A DNA stretch of 64,000 bases, taken from Podarcis vaucheri. Lineage: Eukaryota. The translations under genes were made by a program, and so were the position numbers. The notes beneath the pieces were generated by a model. That model was not told where the DNA came from, ran no database searches, and worked only from the letters and a program-made list of their open reading frames with translations. Location of the stretch: NCBI GenBank assembly GCA_965113315.1, contig OZ220367.1. The stretch is one strand, 5' to 3'. This document shows positions 1 through 12,900 of this stretch, in pieces; position 1 is the stretch's first letter; every line of letters begins with the position of its first letter.

Positions 1-185
1 CTGCAAGAACTGGGCCGCTACTGATAATACTTCACTATTTGCTCTTGTCATATGACCCCAGTGATCAAAGGAGCACTCGTTTAATTTATAATTTCAAAAT
101 GAGTGTGGCCAAAAAAGTAATAGTAAGTTCACTTGCTGAATTTCTAGGTCTAATTCTGCCGGGCTCTCCCATTGAAACTCCCAAC

Positions 186-402
186 TTATTATTATATTAC
201 CCTTCATCCAAAGATCACAGGGCAGTTCAGAACATAAAAATACAAAATGAGAGCACAAAATATATAATAAAACAAAAATGAAATGAAAACAGTAGCCCCC
301 ATCCCTCAAACACATTTAAAAGGCCATAGAATGTTAATCAGCCAAACGCCTGGTTGAAGAGGAATGTTTTCACCAGGAACCTAAAGATAGGTAACAAAGG
401 CC
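186..402 (-). mobile_element. L2 LINE 3' end (related copies at ~19134-19340 and ~43700-43910)
   Basis: Reverse strand ends ...[15 protein letters not shown], the L2 ORF2 terminus pattern, followed by a shared 3' UTR seen three times in the window. Confidence 0.7.
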
Positions 403-700
403 CCTGGAGATCCCATCTCCCTTCACCCACCCCAAGAAAATATTGGACGGGACCAAACCTCCCAAAGTTGGTGGGCATTGCTGCCCCCAAAAAAACTTTT
501 TTATTCACCTTGGTCCCCCTGCACACAAAGATTATGATTGCAGGGTCTGGGTGAAAAGCCTCCTTGTGATATATTTCTAATGAAGATAGCCTTTTATTTT
601 ATTTTATTAAATATACTGCCCTTCATCCAACAATCTCATCCTTGGGAGGTCCAAATGCCGAAAAGATGCACAACTTTGGAAAACAGACAGCAGCTCTTAC

Positions 701-923
701 CTGCCGACCTCCACCGTCTTTGCACGTGCTCCCCCACTAGCTCTCCTGCTTCCACTGGAGGATGATGAGCCCAGGGAGTCGCTGGAAGAGCTACTGATGC
801 TATCACTGTCCTGCCCTCTGCCCCAGGAAGTGGCTGCCCATCCTCCCCGCAGAGGCCGCCTGCTGAGGGTTGGAGAACTGTCCGAGGTGGTTTCTGGAGC
901 GCTGCTGTCAATGCTGGCCATTC
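701..923 (-). CDS. ZSWIM8: ZSWIM8 coding exon 18 (last in window)
   Basis: (G)[73 protein letters not shown](R); AG|gtaaga. Confidence 0.96.
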
Positions 924-3900
924 CTGCAACGCCACAGTCAAAGGGCACAGCAGCAGGTGAGAAGGTCGGCAGCATACAAAACCACAGTTTTACAACAGGG
1001 AACGTTCTTCTCCCCCACCCCACCCCACCCCAAAAAACAAGCTGAAACATTTCAAGTAAGTCAGAACCTAGAGATGTAAGCTGACCAGAAAAGCTAGAGA
1101 GCTGATATACCAAAATCTCAGACTAATTCAAACTCATATGAGCCATGAACCTACTAGGTGAGGGATACTATCTTACTTTGCAGGTGTGTTGGGGATTACT
1201 GAAAATGTGGTGGAAGTGAGTATCTTTTCAGTGAGCCAGAACAAATCTTTAAAGCTTAAACAGCCTGGGCCATGTTAAGAACTGTTCTCTGCCTTTTGTC
1301 AGCTGAGATAATCTTCAGAGGCCCTTCGCCATCCCACCTTCAGAAATTAGGCAGGTGCCTACGTTAAGAGAGGATTTTTTTTTAAAGTTGTACTTGGGCT
1401 CTGCAACTCTCCCTAAACACTCATTCACCCAAAACACTCATTCACCTTTAGGCAACAGGTGAAGACTGACTTATTCTCATAGGCCTTGAACAGTATATAG
1501 GTTCTTTTTACTGGTTTTAGCTTGTTCTTGGTTTGCTGCCCGCTTGCTGCTATATCTTTTGTAATTTCTACTGTTATTTGTATTTGATGTCCACCGTTTT
1601 TATATGGGTTTGCTTTCAAGTTGCCGTGGGGACACGTTACTTAAATCCACTTAATATTTAAATCTCCTAATATTTAAAAATCTGTAAGAAGAATACACAA
1701 AAGCAACACTAAAACTATGAAGCAGTATAATTAAAAAAAACAGTAAAGCAGCATGTTGGGTCAGGAAAAGCATGGATAAAAAGAAATGTCTTCACAAGGT
1801 GTCTGAAACAACTAATGGATGATGCTTCATGTATGGCTGAGGGAAGGGAATTCCACAGTGAGGGGGCAATAGCAGAAAATGCCCATTTTCAGGCCACAAG
1901 TAAAATTTCCTCAGATTATCTAAGTGAACTTATAGCAGCATTCTGAATTGGTCCTGCTTCACTCTGCCCTTCCTTGAATTTGGAGCAACAGATCATTGCC
2001 TTGGCTTATTGCAATATATCAGGGATGTCCAATCTACTGGTCGATCCCTTGCCCTCCATTGTTGGAGAACGGAAGACAGAGTTTACAAACCGAGGCTATT
2101 TTTCCCTCTGCAATCCTTCTTTGACCCCAAAATGATGTAAAAACATTTCGCACCCCCTCCCAAGGCTAAGCAAATTATGCCTCCCGAACCCCCTAAAATG
2201 GGGCTCTTCCCCTCCCCCAAAAAAGCTTTGACCTGAACCCCAATAAAAAGCTTTGACCTGAACCCCAATAAAATGGGGGTAGATCACTGCCAGTTTTTAA
2301 TTCTGTGAGTAGATCGCAGTCTCTTGGAAGCTGGCCACCCCTTCAATATATGAAGCGACACTCATGGTTTATTTCTCCCAAACAAACCATGATCAGTAAG
2401 AGAAGAACAAACTTTGGCTTGTCATCATGGTTTGTTTAGAGAGAAACAAACCAAAAGTGCTGGTTTACAGTCAAAGTAAGCCAGTGTTTATGCGTTGGCT
2501 GAATGATGCAAACATCTGTCAAATCCAGCATTACGTTTCAAGCAGCGGTCAGCCAGATGCCTCTGGTTACAAGGAGGAAATAAAAAGCAACAGGCATCTG
2601 CTGCTTTATTCTCACCAAAAAGTGAGGTATTCAGGTGGGGGAGTAGGGCTTAACAAAGCCTATGTAGTTAAATGGAATCTTCTCTTTCAAAAGCGAGTCT
2701 ATGCCTGAATACCATTTGTACTGTGTGCAGTTCTGGGTGCCACATTTTAAGAAGAGTCTAGGCAAACTGCAACTGGTGCAGGGGAAGGCAGCAAGAATGG
2801 TGAGCAGCATGGAAAACAGGTTCTATGAGGAAAGGTTGAAAAACTGGGTGCGCTTAGCCTGGAGAAGCCTGAGTGGGGACCATGATAGCACTCTCCAACT
2901 ACACAGGAGAGGGCTATGACTAGATCTACTGGACTTAAGCGAGAGGAAGGTAGATGATGAAAAACTTCTTGATAGTTCAAGCAGTTCAAGAACAGAACCA
3001 GTTGCTGGGAAGGGGGTGGGAGAGAGCTATAATTCCCTGAGAGTCTTTAAGCAAAGGCGAGGATGCTCTAGCTCAGGATTTACTGTATCGAGGAGAGAGT
3101 TGGCCTAAAGGGCCACTTTCAACTCTTATGTTCAGGTATATCCTGCCTCTGAATCTGCAGTTTCCATTTAAACATCATGTCTAATATTCTTAGGGAAAGT
3201 CTCTCACAAAGGCTTTGTTTAACCCCCTCTTAAAAGCTATCTAAACCAGAGGCCATCTTTTAGCTCTATTCTGCATTATATAATGTATACTTGATTTTGG
3301 CAGTCCTAAACTTACTTAAAATCATCTTCAAGGAATATGCCCAAGTTCTAGTGTTGAAAGAAGTCTACCTTCCACTTCCAGCCACTCATCATTTTATAAA
3401 ACACTGTCACATCCCAACTACTTTCCCATCCCACCTAAAAGACCGCCAACTTGTATCCTTTCTACATAGTAAAGAGTAGTAATGTGGTTGCCTCTAACTT
3501 TCAGTTACCTATTTTTGTTTTGATGGGGTGACCAGAACTGTACACAGTATTCTGTATGTAGCCATGCCACATATTTATACTGGCATTATGCTTGCTGTCC
3601 TTCACTGTTGGGAGGGGAGAAAAAAAAAAGAGAGAGAGAAGCTAAATGTTTTCTGTTTCTACAGCGTAAGTCAAGATAAAAAGAAATGTCGTCCTCTTGG
3701 TAAGAAAAATATGATTTGACAGATCTGGAAGATGTGGTTAGTGCATGCCAATAGCAGCTTGAAAAAAATTAACTTCTTAGGTTAAATATTTTTAAAAAAT
3801 TGTTTTAAAAGAATTTAACAATGGGAGAATCCACTATTTTCCACCCAATTAAAAAGAAAGAAAGAAAATAGCTTAATTAATTATGAGTCCTGTCCACCAC

Positions 3901-6900
3901 TGTATACACACACCACTAATTACTTTGCAAATGTAACAGTCTTAATCCAAGCCTGCACATCTTGCAACCCAGCAAGCCAAATGCGGCCTTACATAGTGAC
4001 CCACTGGGGGCTCATTAAAACTCACTTGGGAGTACAATAAGCACTTGATATACTATGATACAAGTATGGAAGCCAGGTCACAAATTATACAGGCACATCT
4101 TCTTCTATATGAATTCAGAGTGGAGGAACTGAACCAGAGAGCTAAAAGAATAACGATAATCCTGAAACAGAATCTAAGCATTTATTTGTTTGATTACCTC
4201 CTTTAAACAATCTGAACTGCTTTAGGTAAGCCTAGTAACCATTAAAAGCTGGTTAGAAACCCCAGCCCATGAAGCTATGGGGGTAACTAATGAGAGGGCT
4301 AGGCCAACTTCACTTTGGCAGCAGTGAATTCCTCAGTGAGTGTGCTGATCCACCAGGGAAGATTTGTGCTTCAGTAAGAAATACTGGAGGTGACAGTAGA
4401 TTAAGATATTAACAGACAAGCAGACAGACAAGTCATATTAATTCAATTCAAAATGAATGTGCAACAAAGAGCAAACAATTTAACATGCATGAAAGTGATT
4501 CCAGAAATGTAAAACATGCAGGATGAGACAGCAGAAAGTTATGTGCCCCCTGCTCAAAGTTACCTGTGTGCTTCTTTTTTTGTCTGACTGGGGAACCCCA
4601 GCACCTCCCATTGTAGCCACCTCTATTTCCAAGGGCTAGTCGGCTAGGAACTTTCCCTTCTTGCTTTAAGACACTGGGTTCCATTGGTGGGTCACAAGGA
4701 GATCTCTGAGGGTTATCTGGGAAAACACAAGAAGTGGCAAGTTAAAACAGCAGCAACAGGAAGAGGAGGATTTCATAGGCAGGTGTAACTTTGGCAGACA
4801 GGAGACAGTAGTGGATAATCACAGGCTTCAGTACTGTTGCCCTCTCTTTCCCACATGGAAAAGAAAAACAGAAATTGTGAGCGCACACTGCAATTAGAAT
4901 CAGATTCCGTGAAGGCAAGGAAGATGTCATTCATTTTTTATTCTGCATCACACTTGCATAATAGCAGAAGAACTTGACAACCTATGAGACTAGAACAAAT
5001 ATACAGGCAAATGAAAAAAAAATCTGACAGCAACCCATTTCTTTCGTTTCTCCTTCCACTGGTAATTAGAAGACAGCTGTGATCCTGTGGAACAGTAAGT
5101 CATACCTTGGGAGCTCTTTTCCAAAAAGGGTTCCGAAGTGTTGCTCTGGACAGCAGTGGTTACCCCAGCTTGTTGCGTAACGGGTGTTCCTGGGAGGTGC
5201 TGAATGGGCGCAGCTGATTGGGTAGCATGTTTGGAAGGAGATTTCTGATTGGCTACTGTGGGCTTGCTGGACGAGTAGAATGAACTTAGAGTCTGAGGCT
5301 TGTGCGTTTGGCTCTCCCTGTCCAACAGCTTATCCAAGATCTTTAAACAGAGAGTGGAACAACATGAAAGTTAGCATCTAAACAAAGGAAATGTCAGGAG
5401 AGTGGGAATGGGGAATTAGACATGAACAGGGGAGTTCTCCGAAGACTGCAGAGGGGGGAATTAAAGTTTATTACAATCAAGAGAAGCAGAAAGAAGCAAG
5501 AAGAAAGATCCTTTTGGCAGGAAGAAGACGGAAGCGGTTTGCCATACTGCTGAATAGCCCAACCTCTTTCGTTTATGAATTTTGCAAACATATTCATACC
5601 CACTACCAGGAATAAACATCTAAAAATCAGGAATAAACATCTAAAATCCTTTTAGGAAATCAGTTTGATCCACTATCGTCAGGTGCCATTGAGAAACAAC
5701 TACGATTGGCACAGGACCCAGCATAGATATGGCCTCTTGGGAGAAATTGTGGAAAATAACAATAAACTTCTCAGCATGCTATACTCTTTAAAGAGAACCT
5801 ACAAAAGATGATATATAGGTGGTACCTCACCCCTAGTAAACTTGTAAAAATGTATTAAAAGGGAACCAATTTATGTTGGAAATGTGAGGAGATTGAAAGG
5901 ACATTTATACACATGTGGTGGGGTTGCACGAAAGCCAAAAAGTAATGGGAGATGATATACTCAGAATTAAAAAAGATGTTAAGGGTCTCATTTCCCAAGT
6001 AACCAGAGATGTTCTTATTGAGTATAGTAAAGGGGGAAATACCCAAGAAAGTACATAGTCTTTTCCTCTACGCAATAACAGTGGCCAAAATAATTTATGC
6101 CCAAAGGTGGAAGGACAAAAATAGTCCCCCAAAAATAGACTGGCAGAATAAGCTAATAGAATACGTGGAGACAGCAATGCTGACTGCCAAGGTAAGAAAT
6201 CAAGGTGAGTCGAATATAAAAGAACAGTGCGAATACTTTGGCAAGTATTTAAAGAAATATAACAATCAGATAAGCTTCCAAGTGGGGTTAGATATATGAG
6301 CAGCAGTTAAAATAAGTAGAAGAAGGGTGGTAATAAAGAAGATGAAGATTAAAAAGGACCAAATAAGACCCCACGGAAGTCAAAGAGTAAGATAAACAAT
6401 GGCAATTGTATAACTGATGTATTAAGATATGTAAAATGCATAAATAAAATTTATGCAGAGAGAGAGAAACTATTACAATGTATGATGAAAAAAATGCACT
6501 ATGCTCAGATACCATTAAACAGCCTAAGGTCTGAGTATCTCCAAATGGGACGTACTTTTTTTAGCTTAGATTGGTCATCCTTGTAAGTGATCATCAGGGC
6601 AAGAGCGAGGTCTCCCTTCTCCCTTCGGGTGCCTTCACACAACAGAGGGTGCTCTGCTTCACTCACTGTCGTCTTCATGCCTGGAAGGCAGAGTACAGAA
6701 TTCAAACATTTATCCTGCTTGTTTTACATAATCTCTCCATTTATTTAAGTTAAGTAATAAACCATAAATTACGCTTCCCCATAGCAACATCTGTTCCCTG
6801 TGAGGCATCAGGCTTCTCCTTATTACCATTACATATTAAGCTAAGAAGAAAAATTAAGTTATAGGTGACTTGGCAGGATGACCAAAGCTACATCTCTTCA

Positions 6901-9900
6901 TCAGTGAGAGATGAGGCCTGGCATAAGAAAGAGAAGCTAAGCACTCACCAAGAGCAGCGACAGCTGCCTCAAAACCTAGCTCCTCGTCTCCAGGCATTTC
7001 ATTATTCCAATTACGGCTTGGAGGTCTGGATCCTGTAGGAGAAACCACTGGGGAAAAGAAAGGTGGCAAATCAATAGCCAGCTCTATCATGCAAGGATTG
7101 CCTAGACTGGTAAAAATTTCACAGACTTATGAAGATAATAGTCTAAAGCATTGCTTTCTAATGTAAACTAACCTCTATCAAGACCTAGATCTTGGGATTT
7201 TGCTCAATTCTATTCTATAAAATAAATCTGTTTATTAAATTAACACAACCAAGTATTCTTAAAAGGCCACAAAAGCATCAGACACCTAATCTGCTGGCAT
7301 CCATTTGTCTTGGGAGACAATGAAGGAGTTCACCTACACCTAATCACAGGTTTGATATTTGTGAAGACTAGAAAGGAAAAGGTGGGTGGGGGGAGTTACA
7401 AAGTAGAATGAATTAATTTGGCAAGGCTGCTAGTATAGTAAAGCTGGAAACAGGACTGCAGTCACCACAAGGAAGTGTTTATGTCCTTAAAATTCCATCC
7501 TGAAAACTACGGAATTTGTTCTTGGATCCGGTGGTTTACCTGGGCAAAACCTGCAGCAGAAGTTCAGTACTGACTGAAACTGGCCATGTTTTGAGAATAT
7601 GGACATAGTCCCTGAACTTGCTATGTAACTGCAGGGTTCAAGGAAGCTTCCGGACATTGGATGGGGCAGGACAGCTATGTAGTCCATGAGATTAATCAAG
7701 AGCTCAGCTCAGGTAAGCTCTACAGCCCAACTGAAGGTTCCATTTATATGTGTCTGTTGTAAAAGGTCCAGCCCTTGCAACTGAGTTAAGTGCTTCCAGA
7801 GCTCTCATGCATGAGAGTTTGGGCAGTACTGGAGATCCACATTCATTATGTGCAGGATGATCTCACACATACAAGGGCTAAGTGGCTTCTATAAAGGCAT
7901 GGGACTATGGAGTTTGTTCTGTAGAAGTCTGTCCTCAAGATTTAGGAAGAGAAGCAAGTCATCATACACCCTTTCCCAAAGATTTGGCATGAACAGATTC
8001 CTCTTCTTTAGACAAATCTGAAGGGCTTTACCTGGCGTGCATAAGACATCAAATATGAAGCTGGCCAGCATAAGAGGCAAGACAGGGCGGTAATCACACA
8101 GGGTTCCTTCCCTCAGCTCTTCAGCTCTTCCCCGAATAGTGTTCATCTCATTAGAGCCAAGTGGAATTTTCTTCAACAAGGCCACAATTTCAGACTCCTG
8201 ATATGCCAGCTTTACCTGTGTGTGACACAAAAGCCAGGAATAAAACAAATCCACAGGGCCTCTCTACAGAGACACTGGATTAAAAAAGTAACACAAAAGT
8301 GCTTTAAATGATGCACAAAAAACATCACTGAGCCTCCATTTTCTCAGATCAAGCAACAGTGGCTAACAGTTAAAGGCTGCCTCTTACCCACGGGCTACCA
8401 GGAAACTCCCTGACCTTGGGTTTTCTGTAACGTCACATCAAAGTCCATCTAAGCACACACTTACCTCCAAAGCCTTGGTAGACGCTGGCGGCCTCTGCAG
8501 CTCCAGAGCAAACATGCCAATCTGGAAGGCTAGATTGTGGTATTCCTGCCGTTCGCTCAGCACAGTCAGCAGGAAAGCAGCTTTGGATAAGGTGTTTGTT
8601 GCCATCCATGTCTGTTTGCTGGTGGATACCTTGTTTTTCTTTCCCTGTGGGATAAACAGTTTAAACATAGGGAAACTGACAGACTAAGTTAGTTTCACTT
8701 TAAGTCCCACCAGAGTTTATGTGGAAAGTTAAGCATCATGACTTAAATGCTAACCCAGAAGCTTCATGGAAGAATCTGGTGGTGATATAGCCCAAGAAAG
8801 TTCTGCATTCCAATGCAGTGAAGGGTGCTATCCGTTACATTTTCTAGTGCTACCATTTTAATTTTGTTGTAGCTCACATTGTACCATACCTTATACAGCA
8901 CAAATGGTCATCTAGTACTATCTAGTTGCTTTGCAGAAGCCCTACTAATTCCGCCTCAGCTAGATTGTTTGCTTATACAGTGGTACCTTGGTTTACAAAC
9001 TTAATCCGTTCCAGAAATCTGTTCTTAAACCAAAGCGTTCTTCAACCAAGGCATGCTTTCCCATAGCAGCAGGGGACTCAATTTACAAATGGAACACACT
9101 CAACAGGAAGCAAAACCTGTTCTTATTCCAAGGCAAAGTTTACAAACCAAAACACCTACTTCCAGATTTGCAGCATTCTTAAAGTTGTTCATAAACTAAG
9201 CTTTTCTTAAACCAAGGTACCACTGTACAGCTCTTTAATAGCCTTTTCCTGAATAAACTGGGGGGTGGGGGTTAACAGACCTGTAATTTTGTGACTCAAT
9301 TAATAAAAAGATCTGCACTACACTGTGCTGTTGAACTTTTCAAACCAAATTAAGAAGGCTGATTTTAATGAAAAGTTGCATATTTTTAATTAGGAGATTA
9401 GTAATTTCATGGTTAAGAACCCAACCTAGTGACTTGCTAATTGGTAATTTGTCAGATGGCCCTAGAAATGTATCTGGTCTCCTCGATTTCACAGGACATC
9501 TCCATTAAAAAAGCAGCTGAGGCATGAGTATGCATCCAATAGTTCCCACAATCAAAACGGATGCGGCTGATGAATTCATTCAGCTTTTCTGCAAGAGTTC
9601 ATCTGCATAGAACAACAATTCCACTGTGTGAAGCATTAAAATTATTACTACTTGGTATATCTTGTGATTAGATACAAATGGGACTGGTTACAGAATTTGG
9701 GATCCTGAGAATTCAACACACTCTTTAATTAACACGGTTCTAGTCATTATGAAATCTCTATCATCAAAGAAAAATTCAGCAAGAGTGTACCTTAGGCAAA
9801 CTATGTCAGTTTATATGAACTGAGTTACTTTCACAGATTATTTTTTTTTAAGAGCTGGGCAAAGAGGTCAAAGAAAATTGCCCTGGACTCCAGGCAATAT

Positions 9901-12900
9901 TACATACAGTATTTGTCCACAGCAAAGCATAGCTCTGAAAGAGAAAGCACTTCTGTCCTGCTTTTATACTACACTTCCCCCATCCATTCAAACAGTCCCC
10001 ATAGCAGCTCTGTACCTTGGTTGGGGGCTGTTCCACTTTGAGATCAGGAGGGTTGGCCAACAAGTCCTTGGCAAGCTCAACTGTGAGGCGACAGGCTTCA
10101 TTGCTGTAACCATGTGCATAGAGAGCCTCCGCACAAGCAAACAGGATCTGTAAATGAAGGGTTGCAAACAGAACGGATCCAGTCCTTGCTTTTTCAGATC
10201 ATCAATACAGAGTTTATTGTAAAAACTCAACAAACTGCCTCGGGGATGACTTTTCAGAATACAATTTAGGGCCCACGACTCAGCCTAGGAGTTATTTCTT
10301 TATTTTTTATTTCCATCACTGAGTTGCATTCTTATTGAGGGGGGCAATAAGGGAGGGAAATCTCTTGCAAATAACCAAGTACCAAAGACCTCAGGTATAA
10401 GTACTGTCACGGGCATAGAGGGTTGTTGTAGCATACTGGCCAAGACAATGAGCCAGAAAGTTTCTGCGTTAAATACCACCTCAGCAACTACCTCATTAGG
10501 TGGCTGCAACCATGTCACTACTCTAGCCTCACATTTGCAACTATGACAATGTATGCTGCTGATTTAGAAGATCACTGGCCTTCATAGCGCAGCACTGTCC
10601 ACCGAATCTGCCTTGCAGCAGTTCTACGGTGTCAGCAGAAGTATTTCCTAGCCCTGCCACCTATGATCCACCTTTAAGGAAGATGCTAGGGACTGGAACA
10701 AGGACCTTCTTTCTGCATACAAAGTGTGTGCTCTACAGCTGGACAGGAGGCAGGGGGGGGTCTTCCCTATAACATTAACCTACCTTACAGAGCGGTTTGC
10801 AAGAAGCAACATATGCAAAGTTGCTCAAAAAATGCTACATAAATGCTACATGTCATTAAAATGTGAAACACGACTGAAACATATCCTGTTCTTTTCCAAG
10901 GCATACCATTACAATCAATTATTTGGAGGGACAGAAGAAACAATCCATAATCAACACACAAATCGTAAATTGTACAACATTTCCTCTTGGCTTTATAGAT
11001 CTTATCCTTTGGCTGTAAGCAGGAGGTGAGCTTTGGCACTTCCCTGAACTTGTATACATTTGCAGGAGCCTAGACAGACAGATTTTTGTAGGTGACTTTA
11101 CACACATGCTCCCCTTACCTCCATGCGGTTTTCCTGCTCCAAGGGCTTTATCCCAGCAAATATGTCTTGTTCTTCTTCTACCCCTCCCTCAGCCTTGTCA
11201 TCCTCTTCCTTAGCAACCTCCTGGGGATTCAGATAGTACACCTGGTAGTCGTCTTCCTCCTCTTCTCCTCCTCCTCCAGCAGCACCATTCTCCCCCACTT
11301 CCTTGGGCTTCAAACTCACCCCACCAGTACTTTCATCAGGGCAAGGAATGTCATCGTCTCCACTACCCACTTCCCCCACTGGGTCCTTTGGGTTCTTCTT
11401 GCTGGATGGACTACTCCTGAGGGTGGGCTCAGTTGCCTCTGAGAAATACACCCCACCATCATCCTCAAAGGTATCCCTGTAACTTCTGCTCAACGGGCTG
11501 TCTGTGAAGCTGAATGTGTTGCTAGCCTCGGCGCCAAGGGCCAAACTGCTGTCATCTAAAGCCAACTCGGCCAAGTCCGGTTCCAGAGAGCTGTCCTCAC
11601 TACTCATGCGACGCTTCCCGCTATGTTTGCTGGCCAAGGTCTTTCCCACTGGAAGCTTGCCGCCCTTGTTCACAGCTGTCTTGTATGCAGCTTTATCGCC
11701 TTCGGCTGAAAGTCTTCTAAGAACCCGCTGGGGACCTTCAGACACAACTTTCCGCTTCCCAATGAGTTCTTTGGGGCGCACAGCGGGCTCCTGAGAGGCA
11801 GGGCGTGACCGATCCCCTAGTTGCAAGCACGTCCCCGAAACATCCAGACCATGAGCTCTCCCCGCTTCACAGATGGTTTCTCCACACTGCGGTCGGCAGT
11901 TTCGCTGCTGGATGGCCTTTACCCAACAAAAGGAGTTCTTCTTGTCAGCATTGCTGTACGTGATGCCTGGAATTGGATAGGCCTCCTCCCAGTTGAAGTA
12001 GCAAGCTTCCACAGCTGGCTTGAACCCCTGGAACAGTTTCTCGAGGGATTTCTTGTGCTGTCCCCTTTTGACGTTGTCTATTACCTTCAACTGCCACTGC
12101 CTCAGCTGTGTGCATAAATCTCTCCGCCTAGCATCACAGGGGAGAAGGAACATGTAAGTGGCACAGAGGAGCTACAAAGCAAGATTTCCAGATTTATTAT
12201 TTGCTCTCCATCGGAGATACAGTGGAACCTCGGTTTACGTACCGTCCTCCTTATGAATGCTTCGGGTAACGAGCTCTGCTAACCAGGAAGTGGATGCCCC
12301 TAGTTGCGAACTTTGCCCCAGGATGCGAGCGGAAGTCGCGCACCAGCAGCGGGAGGCCCCATTAGCAAAATTAAGAACAGTTTCGGCTTAAGAACAGACC
12401 TCCAGAACGAATTAAGTTCGTAACCGGAGGTACCACTGTACTAAATTCAGATCCTCCTTACAAACTTTCCTTTGTTACTTTTATCACTGAGCTGTGATGA
12501 GGAGTTACACAGCCAATTCAGATTTCTTAATACTCTTGACTGCATTTATATCAGACAGCATTAAGCCTCAGATGATCAAGAACATATAAAGCTGTCTTAC
12601 GCATAGACAGACCATTTGACAACCTTGCTTAATAGTGTTTACTCTGCCTCAAAATAACTCTCCAAAGATTCAGACAGGGGCTTTTCCTACCCCTGCTACG
12701 TCAGATATTTTAATAAAGAAATGCTGGCAACGCATGTGCTCTCATTCCCACTGAAGTAACTCTGAGGGTTGTAAACAGTGTCTGCATCCATCCTCTGCTA
12801 ATATGGTAGTCAGAGGTCTCCAAGCAAGCTTTTAACAAGTACCACAAATTGATCCCTCTTTCATGCTTTAATATAATCTTCTTTTCTTGGTAGCAAAACC

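Noticed and set aside
11092-12117. Plus-strand ORFs 11092-11442, 11504-11794 and 11821-12117
   Set aside because: Antisense shadows of ZSWIM8 exon 10.
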